Source of the DNA: a virus
Taxonomy: Duplodnaviria; Caudoviricetes
Direction: 5' to 3' (one strand)
Length of the DNA stretch: 33,142 nt
IMG/VR virus record: IMGVR_UViG_3300030330_004871
Span: 1 to 33,142 of that record
The notes under the pieces are model-generated. The model made no database searches and was not told the origin of the DNA. It saw nothing but the letters and a program-made list of their open reading frames with translations. Each line of letters opens with the position of its first letter. Positions within the stretch are counted from its first letter, which is position 1. Positions 25,263 through 33,142 of the stretch are shown here, one piece after another. A program made the translations under genes and the position numbers.

Positions 25263-26741
25263 ATGAACATTGAGCATTTATCAGAAGAGGAATTAAAAGA
25301 TTTAATTTTTAAAAAGCAGTTGGAGTGGATCAAGTTATGCCAGGATAATTTTTTAATTTTCGCAACAGCTGTTTGGCAAGATTTTATTTATCGTAAAACT
25401 AACAATCCTAAAAATTACGGACACCATCAAATTATTGCTAATGCCTTTCAAGAAATAGCTGAAGGTAGTGAAAAGAGGCTCATAATTAATATGCCTCCTA
25501 GACATACTAAATCAGAATTTGCATCCTACCTTTTCCCAGCATGGATGATTGGCAGGAATCCTAAGATGAAAATAATGCAGGTTTCACACAACGCAGAATT
25601 AGCTTCGCGGTTCGGTAGCAAAGTTAGAAATTTAATGAACACCAAAGAGTATAAACAGATCTTTGGAGATGTTACACTAAGAGAAGATAGTAAAGCAAAA
25701 GGACGTTGGGAGACCAATCATGGTGGGGAATACTTTGCAGCGGGTGTTGGCGGTTCTATCACAGGACGAGGGGCGGACTTACTTATTATCGATGATCCAC
25801 ATACTGAACAAGACTCCATGTCAGACTCAGCTATGGATCGTGCATACGAGTGGTACAATTCAGGACCCAGACAACGTTTGCAACCCGGTGGCCGTATTTG
25901 TGTAGTCATGACTCGTTGGGCTACGGATGATTTAACAGGAAGGCTCATCAAAGCACAATCAGAGCCTAAAGCAGATAAATGGAGTATTATAGAATTTCCT
26001 GCCATACTTCCTAACGATGAACCTGTATGGCCTGAGTATTGGTCTAAAGAAGACCTCGAAGCAGTAAAAGCTTCTATCTCAACAAAAAATTGGAACGCAC
26101 AATACATGCAGGACCCAACCTCAGAAGAGGGAGCGATAATCAAACGAGATTGGTGGAAGCATTGGGATTCAGAAAAACTTCCTAAATTACTTCATGTCAT
26201 ACAATCTTATGATACTGCATTTTCAAAAAAAGAAACTGCAGATTATTCTGCAATTACTACTTGGGGAATATTTGAACCTTTTGAAGGTTATGAAAAATGT
26301 ATAATATTATTAGATGCACAAAAAGGTAGATATGATTTCCCTGATCTTAAAAATTTAGCCATAGAACAATATCATTACTGGGAACCTGAAACTGTTATTG
26401 TTGAGGCTAAGGCTAGTGGTCAACCATTGATACACGAATTACGTAGAGCTGGTATACCAGTTGTAGATTATGTACCTGCAAGAGGCAGAGATAAGCACAC
26501 GCGAATAAATAGCTGTGCACCGGTATTTGAGTCTGGTATGGTCTGGGCACCTTTGGACGAACACTGGGCACAGGAAGTTATCGAGGAATGTGCTGCATTT
26601 CCTAATGGTCAGTATGATGACTATGTTGATTCTATGACCCAAGCTGTGTTAAGATATAGGCAAGGTGGTTTTGTACAAACATATTCAGATGATTGGGACG
26701 AACCGAACTTTAAAATAGAAAAGGATTATAAATATTATTAG
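25263..26741 (+). CDS. terL: Terminase large subunit
   Basis: PPRHTKS (Walker A), ITGRGADLLIIDDP (Walker B), VMTRW, nuclease SYDTA...DYSA and FPNGQYDDYVDS. Confidence 0.95.
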   Translation: MNIEHLSEEELKDLIFKKQLEWIKLCQDNFLIFATAVWQDFIYRKTNNPKNYGHHQIIANAFQEIAEGSEKRLIINMPPRHTKSEFASYLFPAWMIGRNPKMKIMQVSHNAELASRFGSKVRNLMNTKEYKQIFGDVTLREDSKAKGRWETNHGGEYFAAGVGGSITGRGADLLIIDDPHTEQDSMSDSAMDRAYEWYNSGPRQRLQPGGRICVVMTRWATDDLTGRLIKAQSEPKADKWSIIEFPAILPNDEPVWPEYWSKEDLEAVKASISTKNWNAQYMQDPTSEEGAIIKRDWWKHWDSEKLPKLLHVIQSYDTAFSKKETADYSAITTWGIFEPFEGYEKCIILLDAQKGRYDFPDLKNLAIEQYHYWEPETVIVEAKASGQPLIHELRRAGIPVVDYVPARGRDKHTRINSCAPVFESGMVWAPLDEHWAQEVIEECAAFPNGQYDDYVDSMTQAVLRYRQGGFVQTYSDDWDEPNFKIEKDYKYY

Positions 26742-26749
26742 GAGAATTT

Positions 26750-27940
26750 ATGCCACGAAGAAGTATGAAAAGCCCGGAACAATTAAAAATGGAAGCTAAA
26801 GAAAGTGCTAGGGCAAAACAAAAAGCAAAAGAGAATATGTTCTTAACAGGTGGCCAGGCAAAGATTGCAGCCAAAGCTCCACCAACAAATAAAATTGATG
26901 CAAAAGATTTCGCTGTGCTTAGAGCAGAAAAAGCAAAAGGCAGAGGCAAAGGTTTACAAGATGAAAAAGTAAAACCTGGTAAAGTCATGAAAGCTAAAAG
27001 GGGAAAATTAGGTGAGGCAAAAGATTACAAACAATATTTAAAAGGATTAAAAAAAATAAGTGAAGAGGGAAAAATGAGAAGGATGAAAAGTCCAAAATTT
27101 AGTCCCGCAAACCCTGAAGCATTCAGTGTTAAAACTTTAGGTTTCAAGAGTGAAGATGCATACTATAACAAAATGATGAAAGACCCAAAATTTGCAAAAA
27201 TAGTTTATAAAACAAGAGGTAACCCTAAAAGACCAGCAGCTATTGATAATAGACTGAGACAATTAAATGCAAGTGCTAGACTTGATAGGATAAATAAAAA
27301 TCCTAAAACAAAAAAAATGTATGAAAAGGGTACAAGATTTGGAGGAGCTAGAGCATTAAAAGCAGCCAAAGCCACTAGAATAGGTAAAATAGCTGCAGGA
27401 GTTGCGGGTGCTGGATTAGCGGCAAAAGCTTATTTAAATAAAAAATTAGAAGAAGCACAAGCTAAGAAAAAAGCTAAAGGTAAAATGGGTGGTGGTTTAG
27501 CTGCTGCTACTGAAAGATTAAGAGCTCAAGGTAAAATGGGTGGTGGCATGATGAACAAACCTATGCCTATGTACAATAAAGGCGGTGGAGCTGACACTGG
27601 TAAAGTTGGAGAAATGAAAAGTAAAATTGGTGTTTTAAGTAATAAGCTTAGAAGACAAGGCATGAGACTTACAAAAAGAGATATAGAAAAAGCTGGTGAC
27701 ATGGCAGGTTCAATTAGTCCATATCTTTCTAAAAGAGCTAAAAGCTCAAAACAAGGTGCATTAAACTTAGTAAATAGATCTCTTAAAATTTTAAGAGATA
27801 ATAAAAAAATGGTAGGCACAAAATATCAAAAAATGGGTGGTGGCATGATTAACAAACCTATGGGTTATAAATCAGGTAAATCTGTCATGGCTAAAGGTTG
27901 TAAATTAGGAAGAAAAAAACCAACTAAAATGTATACATAG
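26750..27940 (+). CDS. Highly basic K/G/M-rich protein with KMGGG repeats
   Basis: 396 aa; AGGAG RBS; internal DNA repeat 27533-27565 / 27830-27862 (32 of 33 identical). Confidence 0.75.
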   Translation: MPRRSMKSPEQLKMEAKESARAKQKAKENMFLTGGQAKIAAKAPPTNKIDAKDFAVLRAEKAKGRGKGLQDEKVKPGKVMKAKRGKLGEAKDYKQYLKGLKKISEEGKMRRMKSPKFSPANPEAFSVKTLGFKSEDAYYNKMMKDPKFAKIVYKTRGNPKRPAAIDNRLRQLNASARLDRINKNPKTKKMYEKGTRFGGARALKAAKATRIGKIAAGVAGAGLAAKAYLNKKLEEAQAKKKAKGKMGGGLAAATERLRAQGKMGGGMMNKPMPMYNKGGGADTGKVGEMKSKIGVLSNKLRRQGMRLTKRDIEKAGDMAGSISPYLSKRAKSSKQGALNLVNRSLKILRDNKKMVGTKYQKMGGGMINKPMGYKSGKSVMAKGCKLGRKKPTKMYT

Positions 27941-27948
27941 GAGGGACA

Positions 27949-29865
27949 ATGTCCCTACGAAGTTTATTTCAGTTTGGGAAGCAGCTTCTTAAAGGTAAGA
28001 AAGAATCAGCGACACCGACCACCGGACAACAACAAAAACAGATAACTTATCAACCAAAGCCTTCTCAAGCACAAGGTCAAGAGTTAGCTGTTCAAGAAAT
28101 TAAAACACCTCCTGTAGTTTTAAATCAAACTAAAGCTTTACACATGGGTGATGATATCGCTCCCGCATTTGGTTCATCTACATACGACTGGGCGATGAGA
28201 ATAGGTAGAGGAAAATATACAGCGGATGAATGGTTAAATCATCTAACAAGCACACGAAAAATAAATACAAGAGTTTTTGGTAAGCCTACAACCAAAATAG
28301 AAAGAGGAGAAAAAAGATTTAAATATGATAGAGGACCCTTTGCAGGAAAAGAAATTAATATATCTAAGGAAGAATTGTTTGATTCAAATTTAGCCTCTTT
28401 TAATGAAGCAGGTAATTTGACAGGTGGTTTATTAGCAGCTGCAAAAAAATTTGGTATAAAGTTAGATGCTAATGAAGTAGGGGCCATGATAAAATTAAAT
28501 CCGATTAATAGATTAAAACCAGTTGAATTAGGTGCACAGAAAGGTGCACAAGAAGCATTTGAAGTTGCAACAAAAAATTTAGATGAAGCAGTTAGTGCTA
28601 TTGCTAGAAAAAATCCTAATGATGCAGATTTATTAACTTTTACAGATGCAGTAAGAAATAACATTACTGCTGCTAGACGAGGTGAACTTGGTAAGGGTGT
28701 ATTTAGTAATATTAGAGATGATCTTAAATCTATAAAAGCAAGACAAAGTGTAATTAATCCACAGGAAAGAGCCACACTTAACAAACTTGAAGCAGAGTTA
28801 AACAACGCTGTAGCACCAATGAGAACTAACAAAACTAAATATGGAAATGAAACAAGTTACACATTACAGGGTGGTAAAGATTACAAAGAAACAATTTTTC
28901 ATTTAGATGAGCCCATAAGAACAAATTCAAATCCATTAAAAGATCCAGGTCACTTTTCTGATACAGGTGCTAAGAATCAAGTTTATCATGTAAGATTTGA
29001 TACAAGATTTACTCCTGATGGTAAGAAAGGTTTTTTAATTCATGAAATACAATCAGACGTTAATCAGTCTACAGCTAAAGCTTTATCAAAAGCACAACAG
29101 TTATCTGAAGATTTCAGAGTAAACCCTTTTCAAAAAGACATTGAATTAAATTTACTTTTAAATCAAAGAAATCAACTTAGTCAAAATTTAAACGAGGCTG
29201 TTTTAGCTGGTAATCAAAACATAGCAAATGCAATAGGTACACAGTTAGCAGCCACTACAAGACAAATTACAAAATATGGTAGATCAGAAGGAAGAGCTTA
29301 TGATTACTTTCCAATGGTTGAAGCGGATCAATATGGGGATCATGCATTAAAATATTTAATGCAAAAAGCTGCTAGAGAAAATATGGATTTTGTTGCAATT
29401 GCTCCTTTTGAGAAATTAAGTTTTCGTCAAGGATATAAAGCAGGTAATGAAAGATTTTATGGTTATGCTTCTGGTAAGGGTATTAACAAAAGTGGAGAGG
29501 CAGTCATGCCAAAACTTATGAAAAAAAATGCGAGGTTTTATGACTCTAAAGCTGGTCCAACAAAAATATCTTTATCAGATCCATCATTACCTTATAAACG
29601 TGTTTTAACTGAAAAATTCACATATCCTTCAAAACATAAATTAGGTGGTAAAACAATTAGAAGCACTTATCATTCAAATGCAAAAAAAGAAGCCACAAAA
29701 CCTTTTGAAGGAGAGCAATTTATTTTTATGGAGCCTTCAAACCCAAACTTGTATTTTGATGCTTTTGCTATAAAAGTTACACCGATGATGAGAAATACAC
29801 AAAAAACCTATAAGTCTAAAGGTGGACTTGTAGTAGATATATTTAAACCAATGAGGTACAATTAA
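27949..29865 (+). CDS. Putative virion-delivered protein with H.RF...EIQSD domain
   Basis: 638 aa; GHF...HVRFDTR...IHEIQSD...ALKYLMQKAA...DFVAI...GNERFY; AGGAGG RBS. Confidence 0.6.
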   Translation: MSLRSLFQFGKQLLKGKKESATPTTGQQQKQITYQPKPSQAQGQELAVQEIKTPPVVLNQTKALHMGDDIAPAFGSSTYDWAMRIGRGKYTADEWLNHLTSTRKINTRVFGKPTTKIERGEKRFKYDRGPFAGKEINISKEELFDSNLASFNEAGNLTGGLLAAAKKFGIKLDANEVGAMIKLNPINRLKPVELGAQKGAQEAFEVATKNLDEAVSAIARKNPNDADLLTFTDAVRNNITAARRGELGKGVFSNIRDDLKSIKARQSVINPQERATLNKLEAELNNAVAPMRTNKTKYGNETSYTLQGGKDYKETIFHLDEPIRTNSNPLKDPGHFSDTGAKNQVYHVRFDTRFTPDGKKGFLIHEIQSDVNQSTAKALSKAQQLSEDFRVNPFQKDIELNLLLNQRNQLSQNLNEAVLAGNQNIANAIGTQLAATTRQITKYGRSEGRAYDYFPMVEADQYGDHALKYLMQKAARENMDFVAIAPFEKLSFRQGYKAGNERFYGYASGKGINKSGEAVMPKLMKKNARFYDSKAGPTKISLSDPSLPYKRVLTEKFTYPSKHKLGGKTIRSTYHSNAKKEATKPFEGEQFIFMEPSNPNLYFDAFAIKVTPMMRNTQKTYKSKGGLVVDIFKPMRYN

Positions 29866-29867
29866 GA

Positions 29868-32183
29868 ATGGCTGTAGAGAAAAACAACGAAATTGTAGAA
29901 GAAGAAATCAAAGAGGAACCAGAGGGTTTACCAATTGACGTTACTGTAGAAGGTGAAGACGAAATTGTTGAGGAATCTTTACAAGATGATTTTAATGCTA
30001 ATCTTGCTGAAGATATGGATGAAAGAACATTATCTTCTATGGCTAGTGATTTAATCAGTGAATATAAAAAAGATAAATTATCTAGAAAAGAATGGGAAGA
30101 AGCTTACATTAAAGGTTTAGAATTATTAGGCACAAAATATCAAGAGGTAACGAGACCTTTTAGAGGTGCTAGTGGAGTCACACATCCGTTATTAGCTGAG
30201 TCTGTTACACAATTTCAAGCACAGGCTTACAAAGAATTAATACCATCTGATGGTCCTGTAAGAACAAAAGTTGTAGGTTTGCAATCACCACAAGTAGAAG
30301 CTCAAGCAGATCGTGTAAAAGAATACATGAATTTTTTATTAATGGAAGAGATGGAAGAGTATACAACTGACATGGATCAAATGTTATTTTATTTACCCTT
30401 GTCCGGTAGCACGTTTAAAAAAGTGTATTACGATGCATTACTTGGAAGACCATGCTCTAAATTTATACCAGCAGAAGATCTAGTGGTTCCATACTACGCT
30501 TCAGATTTAAAAGATTGTGAAAGAATTACACACGTAATTAAGATGACTGAAAATGAGGTCACAAAAAAAGTTGCAGCAGGATTTTACAGAGATGTTAAAT
30601 TGATGACTCCAACACAACAAACAGATAGAGTTCAACAAAAAGTAGATGAGCTACAAGGAGTAAAAAAAACAGAGTCTGATAATCTGCACACAATACTTGA
30701 AATGCACGTGGATCTTAATTTAGATGATTATGAAAATTTTGATGACAAAGCTAAAAAAATTAAAATTCCTTACATTGTGACTATAGATGAGGGATCAGGA
30801 GAGATATTATCTATTTACAGAAATTACAAACCTAATGATATCTCTTACGCACGAATAGAATATTTTGTACACTTTAAATTTTTACCAGGGTTAGGATTCT
30901 ATGGTTTTGGTTTGACACATATGATAGGTGGTTTAAGTAGAGCTGCAACACAATCACTAAGACAATTGATTGATGCAGGTACTTTAAAAAATTTACCAGC
31001 AGGATTTAAATCAAGAGGTATTAGAGTAAGAGATGATGATCAACCTATTCAACCTGGTGAGTTTAGAGACGTGGATGCACCTGGAGGAAATATAAGAGAT
31101 CAGTTTTTTAATCTTCCATTTACGGAACCATCTACAACTTTATTTCAATTATTAGGTTTTGTTGTACAAGCAGGACAAAAATTTGCAGCTATAACAGATT
31201 CAAACATCGGTAACGATGTACAAAATAGAGCTGTAGGCACTACAATCGCTCTAATGGAGCGTGGTTCACGTGTTATGAGTGGTGTTCACAAACGTTGTTA
31301 CTATGCAATGAGGTTAGAATTTAAAATTTTAGCAAAAATTTGTCAAGAATCGTTACCACCTGAGTATCCGTACGATGTTTATGGTGGTCCAAGACAAATT
31401 AAACAAGCAGATTTTGATGAAAGAGTCGATATTTTACCGGTAGCAGACCCAAATATTATGTCTATGGCGCAAAGAGTAACTCTAGCACAAACACAATTAC
31501 AAATTGCACAGACAAATCCACAAATTCATAACATACACGAGGCTTACAGACGTGTTTATGAAGCTTTAGGCACGAAACAAATAGAAGCAATTTTAAAACC
31601 TGCACCAAAACAACCTGAACCCATGGATCCTGCGAAAGAAAACGCACGTGCATTGCAAATGCAATTGTTAACTGCCTTTGAATTTCAAGATCATGATGCA
31701 CATATAGCTGCTCACATGGCATTTATGGCATCAAGAATGGTACAAATTAATCCACAAGTGTATGCATTAATGCAATCACACATTTCAGATCACATTTCAT
31801 TCAAAGCAAAGGCACAAGTTAGAGCAGCAATGGCAAATAATTCTGAAATGCAACAGATGGCACAACAAAATCCAGAACAATTCCAGATTTTGTTTGATGC
31901 AGAGGTTGCAAAAGTTGCTGCACAGATAACACAAGAGCTTGTTCAAACAGAATTAGCTACAAATTCAGCAAAACAAGATCCATTAGTAAGAATTAAACAA
32001 CAAGAGGTAGATTTAAGGGCAATGGATATGCAAAGAAAGGCAGAAGAAGTTAAATTCAAACAAGATCAGGAAAACATTAGAGCTGCAGCAAGATTAGATT
32101 ACGATTATGATAAACTTGCACAACAAGATCAACAATCTGATGAAAGATTAGATATAGCGAGAGATAAACTTGAGAAAAAATAA
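29868..32183 (+). CDS. Portal protein
   Basis: 771 aa downstream of terL; SRKEWEE, HPLLAE..QFQA, GSTFKKVYYD, FYGFGL and a Q-rich coiled-coil C-terminus (P22-like barrel). Confidence 0.88.
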   Translation: MAVEKNNEIVEEEIKEEPEGLPIDVTVEGEDEIVEESLQDDFNANLAEDMDERTLSSMASDLISEYKKDKLSRKEWEEAYIKGLELLGTKYQEVTRPFRGASGVTHPLLAESVTQFQAQAYKELIPSDGPVRTKVVGLQSPQVEAQADRVKEYMNFLLMEEMEEYTTDMDQMLFYLPLSGSTFKKVYYDALLGRPCSKFIPAEDLVVPYYASDLKDCERITHVIKMTENEVTKKVAAGFYRDVKLMTPTQQTDRVQQKVDELQGVKKTESDNLHTILEMHVDLNLDDYENFDDKAKKIKIPYIVTIDEGSGEILSIYRNYKPNDISYARIEYFVHFKFLPGLGFYGFGLTHMIGGLSRAATQSLRQLIDAGTLKNLPAGFKSRGIRVRDDDQPIQPGEFRDVDAPGGNIRDQFFNLPFTEPSTTLFQLLGFVVQAGQKFAAITDSNIGNDVQNRAVGTTIALMERGSRVMSGVHKRCYYAMRLEFKILAKICQESLPPEYPYDVYGGPRQIKQADFDERVDILPVADPNIMSMAQRVTLAQTQLQIAQTNPQIHNIHEAYRRVYEALGTKQIEAILKPAPKQPEPMDPAKENARALQMQLLTAFEFQDHDAHIAAHMAFMASRMVQINPQVYALMQSHISDHISFKAKAQVRAAMANNSEMQQMAQQNPEQFQILFDAEVAKVAAQITQELVQTELATNSAKQDPLVRIKQQEVDLRAMDMQRKAEEVKFKQDQENIRAAARLDYDYDKLAQQDQQSDERLDIARDKLEKK

Positions 32184-32457
32184 AGATCCAAAAATTGGCA
32201 CTGGTAAAAAACCTAAAGGTTCAGGTAGGAGGTTGTACACAGATGAGAATCCTAAAGATACTGTTAGAATTAAGTTTGCGACTCCTTCTGATGCTCGTAA
32301 GACTGTTGCAAAAGTTAAAAAAATATCTAAACCATTTGCAAGAAAAATACAAATCCTAACAGTTGGTGAACAACGTGCTAAAGTTATGGGTAAATCAAGA
32401 GTAGCATCAATATTTAAAGCAGGAAAAAATGCAATCAGACAGACAAAACAAACGTAA
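32170..32457 (+). CDS. Small basic phage protein
   Basis: GTGKKPKGSGRRLYTDENPKDTV.IKFAT; TTG start. Confidence 0.7.
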   Translation: MRKNKDPKIGTGKKPKGSGRRLYTDENPKDTVRIKFATPSDARKTVAKVKKISKPFARKIQILTVGEQRAKVMGKSRVASIFKAGKNAIRQTKQT

Positions 32458-32581
32458 AGGACTTAGTGGAGGGGTAAAATTTGGGCCACCGCCTAAAAAA
32501 GGACCTAATCCACAAGGTATAAACTTAGTTAGGTCAAAAAATGCAAAAAAACTTGTACGAAAATCTACCAGAAAATCTTAA
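32429..32581 (+). CDS. 50-aa basic Pro/Gly micro-protein (not in ORF track)
   Basis: MQSDRQNKRKGLSGGVKFGPPPKKGPNPQGINLVRSKNAKKLVRKSTRKS*; AGGA RBS. Confidence 0.6.
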   Translation: MQSDRQNKRKGLSGGVKFGPPPKKGPNPQGINLVRSKNAKKLVRKSTRKS

Positions 32582-32888
32582 AATAATTTTTTTAGCTGGA
32601 TTATTTGATGGAGAAGGAAGTTTTGGAGTTTGGGGCAAAGGTAGAGGAAGAAAATCATTTCAATGTTCTGTTGAGATGTGTGATAAAGATATAATTGAAA
32701 GGTTTTTTAATTTATTTGGTGGATCTATGTTACCTGTAAAAATTCGTAATGAAAAATGGAAACAAACTTGGAAGTGGAAGATGTCGGGTAGAAGGGCTTT
32801 CAGAATTGTAGGAAAAATGATAAAATATATGTGTCAAAGAAGAAAGGACAAGTACAATGTGGTTAAGTGCAATCAAATTAGCGGTTAG
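32541..32888 (+). CDS. Free-standing single-motif LAGLIDADG endonuclease-like protein
   Basis: FLAGLFDGEGSF, V.MCDKDII..F...FGG and W.W...G..A. Confidence 0.85.
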   Translation: MQKNLYENLPENLKIIFLAGLFDGEGSFGVWGKGRGRKSFQCSVEMCDKDIIERFFNLFGGSMLPVKIRNEKWKQTWKWKMSGRRAFRIVGKMIKYMCQRRKDKYNVVKCNQISG

Positions 32889-33142
32889 TGCTGGAAGTAA
32901 AATTTATGCTAATAAGCAAAAGACGAAGATGGCAATGTCAGAGGCACAACTTTTACATGCTGATCGTATGGCTCGAGGTGAGGAGCAGTATCAGGGAAAA
33001 CTTCTAGAAGCCCGACAATCAGATTGGAAGGACGAGGCAGTTTTGATAATTCTTAGTTTGCCCGTGGTGGTACTCGCCTGGGCAGTGATATCGGATGACC
33101 CATCTGCGATGGACAAAGTAAAATTGTTCTTCGAGATGTTCT
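32857..33142 (+). CDS. Putative holin (3'-truncated)
   Basis: MWLSAIKLAVSAG...QSDWKDEAVLIILSLPVVVLAWAV...; AAGGA RBS; runs off the window end. Confidence 0.6.
   Translation, partial: MWLSAIKLAVSAGSKIYANKQKTKMAMSEAQLLHADRMARGEEQYQGKLLEARQSDWKDEAVLIILSLPVVVLAWAVISDDPSAMDKVKLFFEMF

Noticed and set aside
335-31722. Many antisense ORFs nested in long genes (e.g. 4284-4589, 25718-26143, 28239-28832)
   Set aside because: Shadow ORFs opposite well-supported genes, with no motifs or RBS.
32457-32900. Group I intron or intein around the LAGLIDADG gene
   Set aside because: Flanking genes look intact and overlap it directly; there is no room for an intron core and no intein terminal motifs.

Overview
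AT-rich 33 kb segment of a dsDNA tailed phage genome with podovirus-like organisation. Gene content and order resemble marine HTVC023P-like pelagiphages (inferred; no search was run). From left to right: (1) the end of the virion module, with a GNAT-like gp13/gp14-type protein, three internal/ejection proteins and a small membrane protein; (2) a PD-(D/E)xK exonuclease and a minus-strand SNF2 helicase; (3) a replication operon with a putative SSB, AEP primase, UvrD-like helicase, DUF3310 and a Leu762 family-A DNA polymerase flanked by two 2OG-Fe(II) oxygenases; (4) a regulatory/early region (17.5-25.2 kb) with a ParB-like protein, a ribbon-helix-helix protein, TerS and a resolvase; (5) TerL, a basic KMGGG-repeat protein, an EIQSD-domain protein, the portal, a free-standing LAGLIDADG endonuclease and a truncated holin. 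The most unusual signals are non-coding. A long hairpin (22796-22888) has a loop complementary to the ribosome-binding regions of several early genes. About seven promoters share an ATC(C/A)CA-like box in the spacer. A TGGTGTATC iteron array is bracketed by a 12-bp inverted repeat. There are also strand-biased CTCGT repeats, a compact H-type pseudoknot and several structured leaders. A recurring aromatic/K-x-x-G-G peptide motif appears in several putative virion proteins. No tRNA, rRNA, CRISPR array or integrase was seen.
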